Source: Candidatus Latescibacterota bacterium
Lineage (GTDB): Bacteria; Latescibacterota; UBA2968; UBA8231
Direction of reading: 5' to 3'
DNA: 64,000 nucleotides
Assembly (NCBI GenBank): GCA_965203355.1
Contig: OZ241889.1
Location: 672,001 to 736,000, forward strand
Part shown: piece after piece, positions 40,130 through 48,876 of the stretch
How the letters are laid out: every line of letters starts with the position of its first letter
How positions within the stretch are numbered: position 1 is the first letter of the stretch
Translations under genes and position numbers: made by a program
Notes under the pieces: generated by a model
Databases searched by the model: none
What the model saw: the letters and a program-made list of their open reading frames with translations, nothing else
Told to the model about the DNA's origin: nothing

Positions 40130-41202
40130 CACGCATCAAGCGATTGAGTCAGGGCAATCGCTTCGCGCATTAGCTGCGCCCGTTGGTCGGTGTAGTGCGG
40201 ATCTTCGGGCCGGTCGGCAAAAGAGTCGTCGAGCCGGGCGAGTTCCTCAATGAGATGCCGCCGTCGTTTCAGCGCGTGTACGCGCTCGGTGCTTGGGTGT
40301 TGGCGGCTCAATGCCAGCGCGCCACCTCCGGTGAGGAAGGCGCCAGCCAGCGCGATCCATTTGAGCGACCAACGCAGCGAGGGAGCGAGGGGTAAAGGGA
40401 TCGCCACTTGCTGACTGGGCTGTAGGTTTTCCATGGCCGCTTTCCGGTACTGGCGGCCGTGCTGTTCAACGATACCTAGATCGATAAAAGGCGGTTTGAT
40501 CGCCGTAGAGGGGGGGTCGAGAAAAACCTCTAAGCGGTCGGTCGGATATATCACCTGATGCACATAAGGGCTGGCGGACTTGCGGGCGTCGAGATTAAAA
40601 GAAAAGCTCCGCTGCGAGCGGCCCGGAGGCAGGGGTTGGTTGTCGAAGAAACGACCTTCTCCGGCTTGGTGAATCAGCCCCGAGTGGCTTTGGAGATTGA
40701 AGATGCCCGTTGGCAAGACAAGTTCAGTCACTTGCCGCTCGCGTCCGGTCCCACGGCCTGCGTACGTGCGCTCGCGGGGGTTGTGAATTTGCAGGAGTTG
40801 GATGCACTCAATCGCGTTCTCGCGCAGCGCGAAAAAGAGGTGATGAGTTCCAATGCGGATGCCGGAAGGGTCCTCGGTTCTTTCGTACACTTCGAGGATG
40901 ACCTGTTGTTGTGCACCGGCCTCAAGAGTCGAAGAAAAGTAGGGGATGTCGTCGTAGAAGGCGGCTAGCCCGAAGAGGAGTCCACTCTGTAGAAAAGGAC
41001 CGGCAAAAGAGAAGTGGCCCTCGGCGTCGGTTTCCTTGCGCAGCATTTCGAGGATTTGGCCGTCTTGGCGGACGTAGAAGGCCACGGGAATGCCCGGAAC
41101 TCGCGCTTGGGTGAAAGGGTTGAGTACATAACCGCTGATCGCCGCGCCCCACAGGTCAGAAGCGCAAAGGACGGTTGCAACACAAAGTGTGCGCAGAACC
41201 AT
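40129..41202 (-). CDS. Ccm-cluster-associated periplasmic beta-rich protein with C-terminal TM and helical tail
   Basis: Signal peptide; TDAEGHFSF carboxypeptidase-regulatory-like start; C-terminal TM then LIEELARLDD. Confidence 0.6.
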   Translation of the reverse strand: MVLRTLCVATVLCASDLWGAAISGYVLNPFTQARVPGIPVAFYVRQDGQILEMLRKETDAEGHFSFAGPFLQSGLLFGLAAFYDDIPYFSSTLEAGAQQQVILEVYERTEDPSGIRIGTHHLFFALRENAIECIQLLQIHNPRERTYAGRGTGRERQVTELVLPTGIFNLQSHSGLIHQAGEGRFFDNQPLPPGRSQRSFSFNLDARKSASPYVHQVIYPTDRLEVFLDPPSTAIKPPFIDLGIVEQHGRQYRKAAMENLQPSQQVAIPLPLAPSLRWSLKWIALAGAFLTGGGALALSRQHPSTERVHALKRRRHLIEELARLDDSFADRPEDPHYTDQRAQLMREAIALTQSLDA

Positions 41203-41205
41203 GGC

Positions 41206-41643
41206 TTAGCCAGATTCCACTAGCGAAGCACCGCATTGCGGACAGAATCGATCGCCCTCGCGTCGCAGGGCCCCGCAGCCGCGGCAACGAGGAACAGCCG
41301 TCTTTTGGCGCAGAGCCGCAACCTCTTCACCGATGCGTCGTTCGAGTTGAGAACGGCTCGCGCCGTTGAGCCGATCCAACTCGCCGATAACCGCCAGCGT
41401 CTCGGCCTCCAGTTCGGCAAAGAGGCGCTGAAAGTCCTCTGCGGACACTTTCCCAAGCTCGCGGTCGAGCTCCAGCTCGACGATCTCGCCCAAAAGCTGT
41501 TCCTTGCGCTCAAAGAGCTGTCGCGTTGATCCATTCGCCGCGCCCGTTCGTCCGCTCGCTAGGAGGGGATGTGCCAGATAGAGCAACAGTCCCAACAGCA
41601 GTGCGATAGAACACAATATGGGTAAAAGTTCTAATACCTTCAT
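41206..41643 (-). CDS. CcmI-N-terminal-like membrane protein with C-terminal zinc ribbon
   Basis: TM, ELELDRELGKVS coiled segment, CRGCG...FCPQCG. Confidence 0.7.
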   Translation of the reverse strand: MKVLELLPILCSIALLLGLLLYLAHPLLASGRTGAANGSTRQLFERKEQLLGEIVELELDRELGKVSAEDFQRLFAELEAETLAVIGELDRLNGASRSQLERRIGEEVAALRQKTAVPRCRGCGALRREGDRFCPQCGASLVESG

Positions 41644-41682
41644 TATATATAGCCTCTGTAGGCCCGCGCCCGTTCTGCCAAG

Positions 41683-44133
41683 CTAGCCATCGTCGTAGCG
41701 ATCCAATTCGCGTCTCAAACGGTCCGAGTTTTGGCTGCGGTTGGCTGGCTGGGGCTTGGACGGTGCTTGGCCTTGGTCCTTCCAGCGAACTAGCAGGGTG
41801 CGTACTAGGGCAACGCCAAACAAAAGAGCCAAAAAGGGCGCGACCCAAGCGAGCAAATTAAAGCCCTCGTGCGGCGGAGTGGCTAAGATCATCGGGCCAA
41901 AACGCGCTACATAGCCATCGATGATCTGCTTCCGAGTTTGGCCTTGGTCGAGGGCTGAGCCAATCGCCTCGCGTTCGGGGACCGCGAAGTCAGTACAAAG
42001 ACAGGTGGCTAGGGATTCCCGCGGACAATTACCACAGAGACAGACCATCTCCTCAGCCACGGCCTTGATTTCCGCCGTCGTTGCCGCGCCTACTGGCGAG
42101 AAGCCCAATGCCAACGCCGCGAGCACGGGCGCGTATATACCCGACCTCCGGGCGATGACCGAGTCCATTGCGGTCTCGCGATCGATCCGCGCTAGCCGCC
42201 GGTCTCGCGGCGTGGGCCACATCGCCCACAGTGCGCCCAGCACTAGGACGACAGCACCGAGCCACACGAAGTTGATGAGCGGGTTGATATAGATTTGGAA
42301 TTTGGCACTTTGGTCTTCGGCGGATCCCACCAGAATTACATAAAAGTCCTCGCGCCATGTTGAGTAAATGGAGACTTCAGTAGTGCCTTGGTCAAAAGCT
42401 GGATAGTAGCGTCGCTCTGGCAGCAGCGTACCGAGGAATTGATCGCCGCGATGCAGAGCCAAAGCCGCCGCGGTCGTGCTGTGATTGGCGTTTTCGGCAA
42501 AGGCCAGCGACGCGAAGGTAAGCCGGTATTCACCGACTTGACTCGAAGCCCCTTGGTCAAGGACGACTTCGGCTTCTTGAGTAAAGGCTTTGCCAGTAAA
42601 GCCAGCAAAAAGCAATACGAGTCCAAGGTGGGTCAAATACCCGCCGTAACGCCGCCGATTTTTGGCACAGAGGCGATACAATGCCACTGGATAGGACTCA
42701 CCCGTACTGTGCCGCCGCGCCCGCGCCCCGGCGTGGAATTCGGCAGTGAGCGCGATGAGTACGAAGACGCATAGCCCGAATGACAGCACCACATAGGGAT
42801 CGCGTATGCCAACAATAAAGAAGACCCCGCAGGAAAGTGCGCCTGCCGTCACCGGGAGAATAAAGTTTTTTCGCAGACTCTCGCGGGAGGTGCGGCGCCA
42901 GGCAAAGAGTGGACCAGCACCTGTCAACAACAGAAGCACTAGGCCGATGGGAATCGTGACTTGGTTAAAAAAAGGAGGCCCGACCGTGATTTGCTCATTG
43001 GTCAGTGCCTCGGAGACCAGCGGGAAAACCGTGCCCCAGAACACGGCGAAGAGCATTCCCAAGAGAATCCAGTTGTTGAGCAGAAAAGCCGTCTCGCGCG
43101 AGGCAAATGATTCGAGGCGATTTTCGGCCTTGAGCAGGGGTAGCCGCAGCCACAAAAGCCCAAAAGAGAAAGTCAGCGTCAGGACTAGAAACGTGCCAAG
43201 AAAGGGGCCAATGTTGGATTGGGCAAAGGCGTGAACTGAGGAGATAATGCCACTGCGGGTCATAAAGGTGCCGAACAGGCACAGCCCATACGTGAGAATC
43301 GCCAGTGCCACATTCCACACCTTGAGCATGCCCTTGCGCTCTTGGATCATAATCGAGTGCAGAAAAGCGGTGGCGATCAGCCAAGGCATCAGCGAGGAGT
43401 TCTCCACCGGATCCCAAGCCCAATAGCCGCCCCACCCCAGTTCGACATAGGCCCACTTGCCGCCTAGCAGGAGGCCGAAGCCGAGAAAGGTCCAAGGGAT
43501 GAGCGTCCAGCGTCGCGCCGCGCGGAGCCAAGTAGCGTCCAACCTGCCGGTCAAGAGTGCGGCAATGGCAAAGGCAAAGGGTACGACCATGCCCACCATC
43601 CCCAAGTAAAGCATCGGCGGGTGAATGGCCATGACGGGATGTTGTAGAATCGGGTTGAGCCCGCGACCATCCTCTGGCGTGAAGGGCAGGCGCGAGAACG
43701 GGTCGGCGGCAAAAAGATGCACAATGCAAAAGAAGAAGCTGGTAAAAGATAGGGTCGCTATCGCGTAGGGCATCAACTCGCGATAGCGCTGGCGGTAGAG
43801 TGCCACCAATCCCGCCGAGTAGATGGACAGAATCCAGCCCCAAAACAACAGCGATCCGTTCTGCCCGCCCCACAGTGCCGTTATTAAATAGAACAAAGAC
43901 ATGGCGCGGTTGCTGTTTTCGGCCACGTACTCGACTTGGAAGTCGTGGGAGAGGAGAGCGTGCCACAGCGCGAGAACCGCCAGCGTCAGCAGGCCACAGG
44001 TCGCCAAGACCCCGTTTTCGCCCGAGCGCACCAAGCCCAAGTGGCTACGCCTCGCCCCGAAGGCCGACGCCAGCCCCCCATAGCCCGAGGCTAGGAGTGC
44101 TAGGCACAAGGCAAAGTAGCCGATATCAACCAT
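41683..44133 (-). CDS. ccmF: Cytochrome c heme lyase CcmF fused to a C-terminal CcmH(CcmL)-like domain
   Basis: GLNPILQ, HPPMLY, WAYVELGWGGYWAWDPVEN, SVHAF; C-terminal MVCLCGNC...YVARFG..ILATPP..GFNLLAWVAP. Confidence 0.93.
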   Translation of the reverse strand: MVDIGYFALCLALLASGYGGLASAFGARRSHLGLVRSGENGVLATCGLLTLAVLALWHALLSHDFQVEYVAENSNRAMSLFYLITALWGGQNGSLLFWGWILSIYSAGLVALYRQRYRELMPYAIATLSFTSFFFCIVHLFAADPFSRLPFTPEDGRGLNPILQHPVMAIHPPMLYLGMVGMVVPFAFAIAALLTGRLDATWLRAARRWTLIPWTFLGFGLLLGGKWAYVELGWGGYWAWDPVENSSLMPWLIATAFLHSIMIQERKGMLKVWNVALAILTYGLCLFGTFMTRSGIISSVHAFAQSNIGPFLGTFLVLTLTFSFGLLWLRLPLLKAENRLESFASRETAFLLNNWILLGMLFAVFWGTVFPLVSEALTNEQITVGPPFFNQVTIPIGLVLLLLTGAGPLFAWRRTSRESLRKNFILPVTAGALSCGVFFIVGIRDPYVVLSFGLCVFVLIALTAEFHAGARARRHSTGESYPVALYRLCAKNRRRYGGYLTHLGLVLLFAGFTGKAFTQEAEVVLDQGASSQVGEYRLTFASLAFAENANHSTTAAALALHRGDQFLGTLLPERRYYPAFDQGTTEVSIYSTWREDFYVILVGSAEDQSAKFQIYINPLINFVWLGAVVLVLGALWAMWPTPRDRRLARIDRETAMDSVIARRSGIYAPVLAALALGFSPVGAATTAEIKAVAEEMVCLCGNCPRESLATCLCTDFAVPEREAIGSALDQGQTRKQIIDGYVARFGPMILATPPHEGFNLLAWVAPFLALLFGVALVRTLLVRWKDQGQAPSKPQPANRSQNSDRLRRELDRYDDG

Positions 44134-44165
44134 AAAGTGTTGGGAAAAACCAAAAGGTATGCGGG

Positions 44166-44600
44166 CTAGCCGTTCGGGCTATTCATCGCCTGCACGTGAC
44201 CTTCGTAGCTTTGTCCCTCGTATTTGGAGGGGCATTTGGCAAAGACGATCTCAGCGGCAAAAATCTGGTCGGCTGTATCGTATTGGCCTTCGAGAACTAC
44301 CAGCGCTTCGTCTTTGAAGGTATCGGGCAGCACGGCGTGGCCGATGTAGCGCACTCGCAAGGTGTGTTCCCCGTCGGTAATCACAAATTCGGGGCGCGAG
44401 CGATACCGGTCCCATTCAATCGAACCGGGCACCACGGTGCTGCCGCCTAGTTGGATGCGCTGGCCCTCGTCTAGCGTTCTGTCCATCAGGGTTTGCAGCG
44501 TCATGTGAGTCGCCGTTGACTGTTGGACGCCAGCGACAAAGAGGTAGATCAAGCCAGCGGCAATGACCAGAGAGCCGAGGGTGAATTTGTGCTGTCTCAT
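44166..44600 (-). CDS. ccmE: Heme chaperone CcmE, CxxxY variant
   Basis: GSI, VRY.G..LPDTF, VVLEG, AKCPSKY. Confidence 0.92.
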   Translation of the reverse strand: MRQHKFTLGSLVIAAGLIYLFVAGVQQSTATHMTLQTLMDRTLDEGQRIQLGGSTVVPGSIEWDRYRSRPEFVITDGEHTLRVRYIGHAVLPDTFKDEALVVLEGQYDTADQIFAAEIVFAKCPSKYEGQSYEGHVQAMNSPNG

Positions 44601-44666
44601 AAAAGTAAATCTGCTCAATTTCCCCTTTTTGTCAACGAGTATCCCCGTTGGCGTAAAGGGCCGCAT

Positions 44667-45806
44667 TCATACTTCGAGTACCTTGGGTAGGCTGCATAAG
44701 TTCTCGTAGCCGCCGGCGCAAACGACAACCGTATCCTCGATCCGCACACCCCCCAAACCCCGGTAGTAGAGTCCCGGCTCCATCGTCACGATATGGCCGG
44801 ATTCAAGCACATCGCCGTGCGGGCCGATCCTCGGCCCTTCGTGGATCTCTAGCCCTAGCCCGTGTCCCGTGCTGTGGATGTAGCCCTGCATGTAGCCGTC
44901 TCGCTCTCCCGTCTCGTAGCCGGCGTCGCTGAAAAACTGTTGGATTACTTCGTGAATAAGATGACCTTCGGCGCCCGGACGGATGTGCTCTAAGCCCAAT
45001 TGTTGAGCCTCCAGCACGGTTTTGTACAGATGCCGCAGCGGCTTGGAGGCCGGTCCCTTACAGACGGTCCGCGTCAGATCTCCGTAGTAGCCGCTCGCCT
45101 CATCGCGCGGAAAGATGTCGATGATGATGGTCTCGCCAGCGCGCAAAGGCCCGAAGCCCACTTGGTGTGGGTCGCAGCCTTGGTCGCCGCCGGCGATGAT
45201 GGTATGTTCGCCAATGCTGTCGCAATCCATGAGCGTCTGATGCACCATGCGCCGCAGTCGCTCTGACGTGAGAACGTCGCCGTTGAGGAAGAGTACGCCG
45301 TCGCGCACATCGGCTACACGCAGCCCTTCAATCGCCGTTTCCATGCCTGCTTCGGTGGCCCGCATCGCCCGGCGCACATGCTCGACCTCTGTGGCGTCCT
45401 TAATTTTGCGCTGGGGGAAGAGCGGCTCAGTCGCGATGGCTAGTTCGATGCCTTTCTCCCGCAGAAAATCGGCCGTACCGAGGGGAAAATCAGCGGGCAC
45501 TTGCAGCTTCGCCAAGCCGAGGTCGCGCAAAAGTTCCAACAACACGGCGTTGCTGTTGGGATGTTCTCGGCCTCTCTCCTTGGCCCGCTGCTCGTACTGG
45601 GTGTAAGACAATACCCGATTGACGCTGGCTTGGTCGCGGGCGCGGTCGATCTCGAGGTTGTTGGCGAGCATGAGTTTTTCGCTGGGAGTCCATAGAAAGA
45701 CGAAGGGATCCGGGGCGCGAAAGCGGGTGGCGTAGAATAGATTGGCGCAGCGTTCGCTGTTGCCGATCATCAGCAGGGCATCGGCCCCTTTTAGGTCGGG
45801 CGTCAT
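44667..45806 (-). CDS. Xaa-Pro aminopeptidase (M24)
   Basis: IIIDIFP, YYGDLTRT, HSTGHGLGLEIHE, TMEPGLY, GVRIED. Confidence 0.92.
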   Translation of the reverse strand: MTPDLKGADALLMIGNSERCANLFYATRFRAPDPFVFLWTPSEKLMLANNLEIDRARDQASVNRVLSYTQYEQRAKERGREHPNSNAVLLELLRDLGLAKLQVPADFPLGTADFLREKGIELAIATEPLFPQRKIKDATEVEHVRRAMRATEAGMETAIEGLRVADVRDGVLFLNGDVLTSERLRRMVHQTLMDCDSIGEHTIIAGGDQGCDPHQVGFGPLRAGETIIIDIFPRDEASGYYGDLTRTVCKGPASKPLRHLYKTVLEAQQLGLEHIRPGAEGHLIHEVIQQFFSDAGYETGERDGYMQGYIHSTGHGLGLEIHEGPRIGPHGDVLESGHIVTMEPGLYYRGLGGVRIEDTVVVCAGGYENLCSLPKVLEV

Positions 45807-45810
45807 GGTT

Positions 45811-47292
45811 TTACTCTGGAATCCTCAGTGCTCGGACCTCAATTCCGGTACCGGGTCGCCAAAACCAGAAAAACGCAAACTGCCTCTCCTCCAGTTCGGA
45901 AACAAAGCGCACAAATTGCTCCAACGAGGTAACGCGTTCTTGATCCACCTCGGTAATCACATCGCGCACTTGAATCCCTTTGTCTGCGGCTAGCCCCTCT
46001 GGATCTACTTCAACTACTACCACCGGCTCCTCGCCTTGTGCAAAACCCAGTTCAGCCGCTAACTCGCGGATAAAACCCAACTCGTCGGCCAATTCAGCGG
46101 GCAAGGTCTCAACTGAAATCCCTAGCTTTGCTAGCCGCTGATGGCCTTGGGAAAGGAGTCGGTCCTCTTCGCGCTCGCCGAGCACCACGGCGACGTGGTG
46201 GATTTGATTTTGGCGCGTGATTTGCAGGTTGACCGATTCGCCGGGGTCGCGGCCGTAGATCAGCGTCTGTAGGTGGTTGGAGTGATTCACCTCAATGCCA
46301 TCAAGCGACAGGATGACGTCCCCGACGAGCAGACCTCCGCGTGCGGCCGGGCTGTTGGGCTGCACATCTCTTAGGTAAACGCCTCGTGGCCGTTCCATGC
46401 CGAGGCTGTGTTCGCGGATCAGCGCTGGGGTCATCTCAGATTCCATGGTCACACCCAAGTAGCCGCGTACGATCCGCCCGTGGACCAGCAGATCATCCAC
46501 CACCTCGTGCGCTAGGTTGATCGGCACGGCTAGTCCATAACCGATGTAGTAACCAGTGCGCGTTGAAATGGCCGTGTTGATTCCTACGACTCGGCCCTGT
46601 AGGTCGAGTAGGGGGCCGCCGGAGTTGCCGGGGTTAATCACGGCGTTGGTCTGGATGAAACTCTCGATGGCGTAGCGGTTTTCTTCGTCGCTTCTGCGGT
46701 TGAAAACACCTGCTTGGCGCCCTAGGGCACTGACGATGCCGTGCGTCAGCGTTGACCCCATGCCCAAGGGATGGCCAATGGCCAGCACCCAATCGCCGAT
46801 TTGCAAGTGGTCTGAGTCGGCCAACTGCACAGTAGGTAGCCCCTGCGCCTCAACCTTGAGCAGGGCGATGTCAATCAGCGGGTCAAAGCCGATGATCTTA
46901 GCCCGAAAGGTGCGGCGGTCCGAGAGGGTGACTTGGATGGAGTCGGCCTCAGCGACGACGTGGTAATTGCTCAGAATGTAGCCATCGGCGCGAACGATGG
47001 TGCCGGAGCCTATGCCGCGAAAGTCTTCGGGAATCTCCGGGTGGAAGGGGGGCAATGCGCTCTTTTGCCGCGATCGGGTCGTCGCCGCGATTAAAACCAC
47101 GGCTGACTTTGCTTGTTCGTAGGCGTGGCGGAAAGCCCTGCTGAGGTCCGCGATTGGCGAAGTGTTCTCCGCCGGCATTTGCGCCCCAGCCGGGCGTGTG
47201 CCCGCGAGCAACGCGGCAATAAGCGCACCGCTCACCCACGGACGACAGATGCTGAGGTTGTCGCGCCTGACGGCGCGGTGAGGGGGCTTCAT
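45811..47292 (-). CDS. HtrA/DegP-family serine protease with two PDZ domains
   Basis: GSG, SNYHVV, DIALLKV, INPGNSGGPL. Confidence 0.93.
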   Translation of the reverse strand: MKPPHRAVRRDNLSICRPWVSGALIAALLAGTRPAGAQMPAENTSPIADLSRAFRHAYEQAKSAVVLIAATTRSRQKSALPPFHPEIPEDFRGIGSGTIVRADGYILSNYHVVAEADSIQVTLSDRRTFRAKIIGFDPLIDIALLKVEAQGLPTVQLADSDHLQIGDWVLAIGHPLGMGSTLTHGIVSALGRQAGVFNRRSDEENRYAIESFIQTNAVINPGNSGGPLLDLQGRVVGINTAISTRTGYYIGYGLAVPINLAHEVVDDLLVHGRIVRGYLGVTMESEMTPALIREHSLGMERPRGVYLRDVQPNSPAARGGLLVGDVILSLDGIEVNHSNHLQTLIYGRDPGESVNLQITRQNQIHHVAVVLGEREEDRLLSQGHQRLAKLGISVETLPAELADELGFIRELAAELGFAQGEEPVVVVEVDPEGLAADKGIQVRDVITEVDQERVTSLEQFVRFVSELEERQFAFFWFWRPGTGIEVRALRIPE

Positions 47293-48854
47293 TGGAGGTC
47301 GTATTCGTTCAGTTTCCGATAGAGTGTGCGAGTGCTGATGCCGAGGATAGCGGCGGCCTTCCGGCGATTGCCGCCGACCCGGTCGAGGGCCTGTTCAATG
47401 GCTTCCCGCTCGCGGTCTTTGAGCGAGGGCAAAGGCTCAATAGCTGCGTTTTCGGGGATGCGCACTGCCGCGGATTTCTGGGATTCAGCGGGATGGTAAG
47501 GGGTGTCCTCAACTGGATAGATCGGTTCCTCGGGCGAGACCGGGCGAACGCCCCTTGGTGCTACGGGAGACGTAGAGGACGGCATCACGGAGGTATTGCG
47601 CTCAATCGCGGCCCTTAGCTCGGCGACCTCGCGCTTGAGGTCCAAGAGCGCAAAGTAGATCAACTCACGCTCAGACTGGTCCGGCGTCTTGTTGGTTGGC
47701 ACAGGCAAGTGGCGCGTGGGCTGGAGCCCGAGATGGGGCGACAGGTCTTCGGGTTCGACGAGGGCACGCGGAGCGAGGAATACCAAGTGCTCGATTAGGT
47801 TGCGCAGCTCGCGCACATTGCCAGGCCAAGCATAGTTTTGCAAAAGATCCACTGCCGCCGCCGAGAACCCTTCTAGACGGCTCTTGTTGTTTTGGGTCAA
47901 CTCGCAGATGAAGTGCTCAATCAAAAGGGGAATGTCCTCGGCTCGGCGGCGCAGCGGCGGAATGTCGAGCTCGACGACCTTGAGTCGGTGGTATAGGTCG
48001 AGGCGGAATTCGCGCTGGTCAACCGCCTTTTGTAGGTCGCGGTTGGTCGCGGCGATGACGCGAATGTCCACCGAGATAGGTTCGCTACCGCCGATGCGGA
48101 CCACCTCGCGCTGCTCGAGCACCCGCAAGAGGCGCACTTGCGCTGCTTGCGACATCTCGCCGATTTCGTCTAGAAAGACCGTTCCACTGTCCGCTTGTTC
48201 AAAGATGCCTCCGTACCGAGTGTGTGCGTCGGTAAAGGCTCCCTTTTCGTGCCCGAAGAGTTCGTTTTCCAGCAGACTTTCTGGAATGGCGCCGCAGTTG
48301 AGCGGACGAAAAGGACGTTCGCCTCGTCTGCTGTAGCGATGTAGAGCCTCGGCAACTAAGTCCTTGCCCGCGCCGCTTTCGCCCGTTAGGAGGATAGAGG
48401 AAACTGGCGTTGGTGCCACGATTAAGATGCGCTCGCGCAGTTGGCGCATTAAGGGCGACTGACCTACCAGTTCGGCCCCGTGCAAAAAGTCCCCGCGATC
48501 TAGTAGTTGGTCCAGGTGTCGACGCAGAACTGGGGCCTCAAAGGGCACGGCAATTTGGTCTTTGAGAGGCGAACCCCACAAAAGTCGGTCCCAACTTTCA
48601 TCGGCGTTGCCCAAGCCTAGCATGGGCACATCGCGGTACTGGTCGAGTGCGGCGACGCCCTCTGCGAGGATGGCGGGTGGGAGTTCCAGATCAAATGCGA
48701 CCAGATCCACTCCGCGCCGCAGTAACCGCCCAAGCGCATCGCCGTTAGCCGCGCTGAGTGTGCGCAGCCGCACGTCGTGGACTGCGGACTTGAACTCCGC
48801 TTCCAACTCTGCTTGCTGAGTCAGGAGTAGAATGCGACGTTGAGTTGGGGCCAT
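47289..48854 (-). CDS. Sigma54-dependent Fis-family transcriptional activator
   Basis: GESGAGK, ELFGHEKGAFTDA, FLDEIGE, WPGNVREL, C-terminal HTH; degenerate receiver-like N-terminus. Confidence 0.92.
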   Translation of the reverse strand: MAPTQRRILLLTQQAELEAEFKSAVHDVRLRTLSAANGDALGRLLRRGVDLVAFDLELPPAILAEGVAALDQYRDVPMLGLGNADESWDRLLWGSPLKDQIAVPFEAPVLRRHLDQLLDRGDFLHGAELVGQSPLMRQLRERILIVAPTPVSSILLTGESGAGKDLVAEALHRYSRRGERPFRPLNCGAIPESLLENELFGHEKGAFTDAHTRYGGIFEQADSGTVFLDEIGEMSQAAQVRLLRVLEQREVVRIGGSEPISVDIRVIAATNRDLQKAVDQREFRLDLYHRLKVVELDIPPLRRRAEDIPLLIEHFICELTQNNKSRLEGFSAAAVDLLQNYAWPGNVRELRNLIEHLVFLAPRALVEPEDLSPHLGLQPTRHLPVPTNKTPDQSERELIYFALLDLKREVAELRAAIERNTSVMPSSTSPVAPRGVRPVSPEEPIYPVEDTPYHPAESQKSAAVRIPENAAIEPLPSLKDREREAIEQALDRVGGNRRKAAAILGISTRTLYRKLNEYDLQ

Positions 48855-48876
48855 GGTACTCTCTGTGGGTGTCGCT

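Noticed and set aside
42995-43966. 323-aa alternative-frame ORF inside ccmF, and similar shadow ORFs throughout
   Set aside because: Arg/Pro/Ala-rich off-frame translations expected in GC-rich coding DNA; no motifs.
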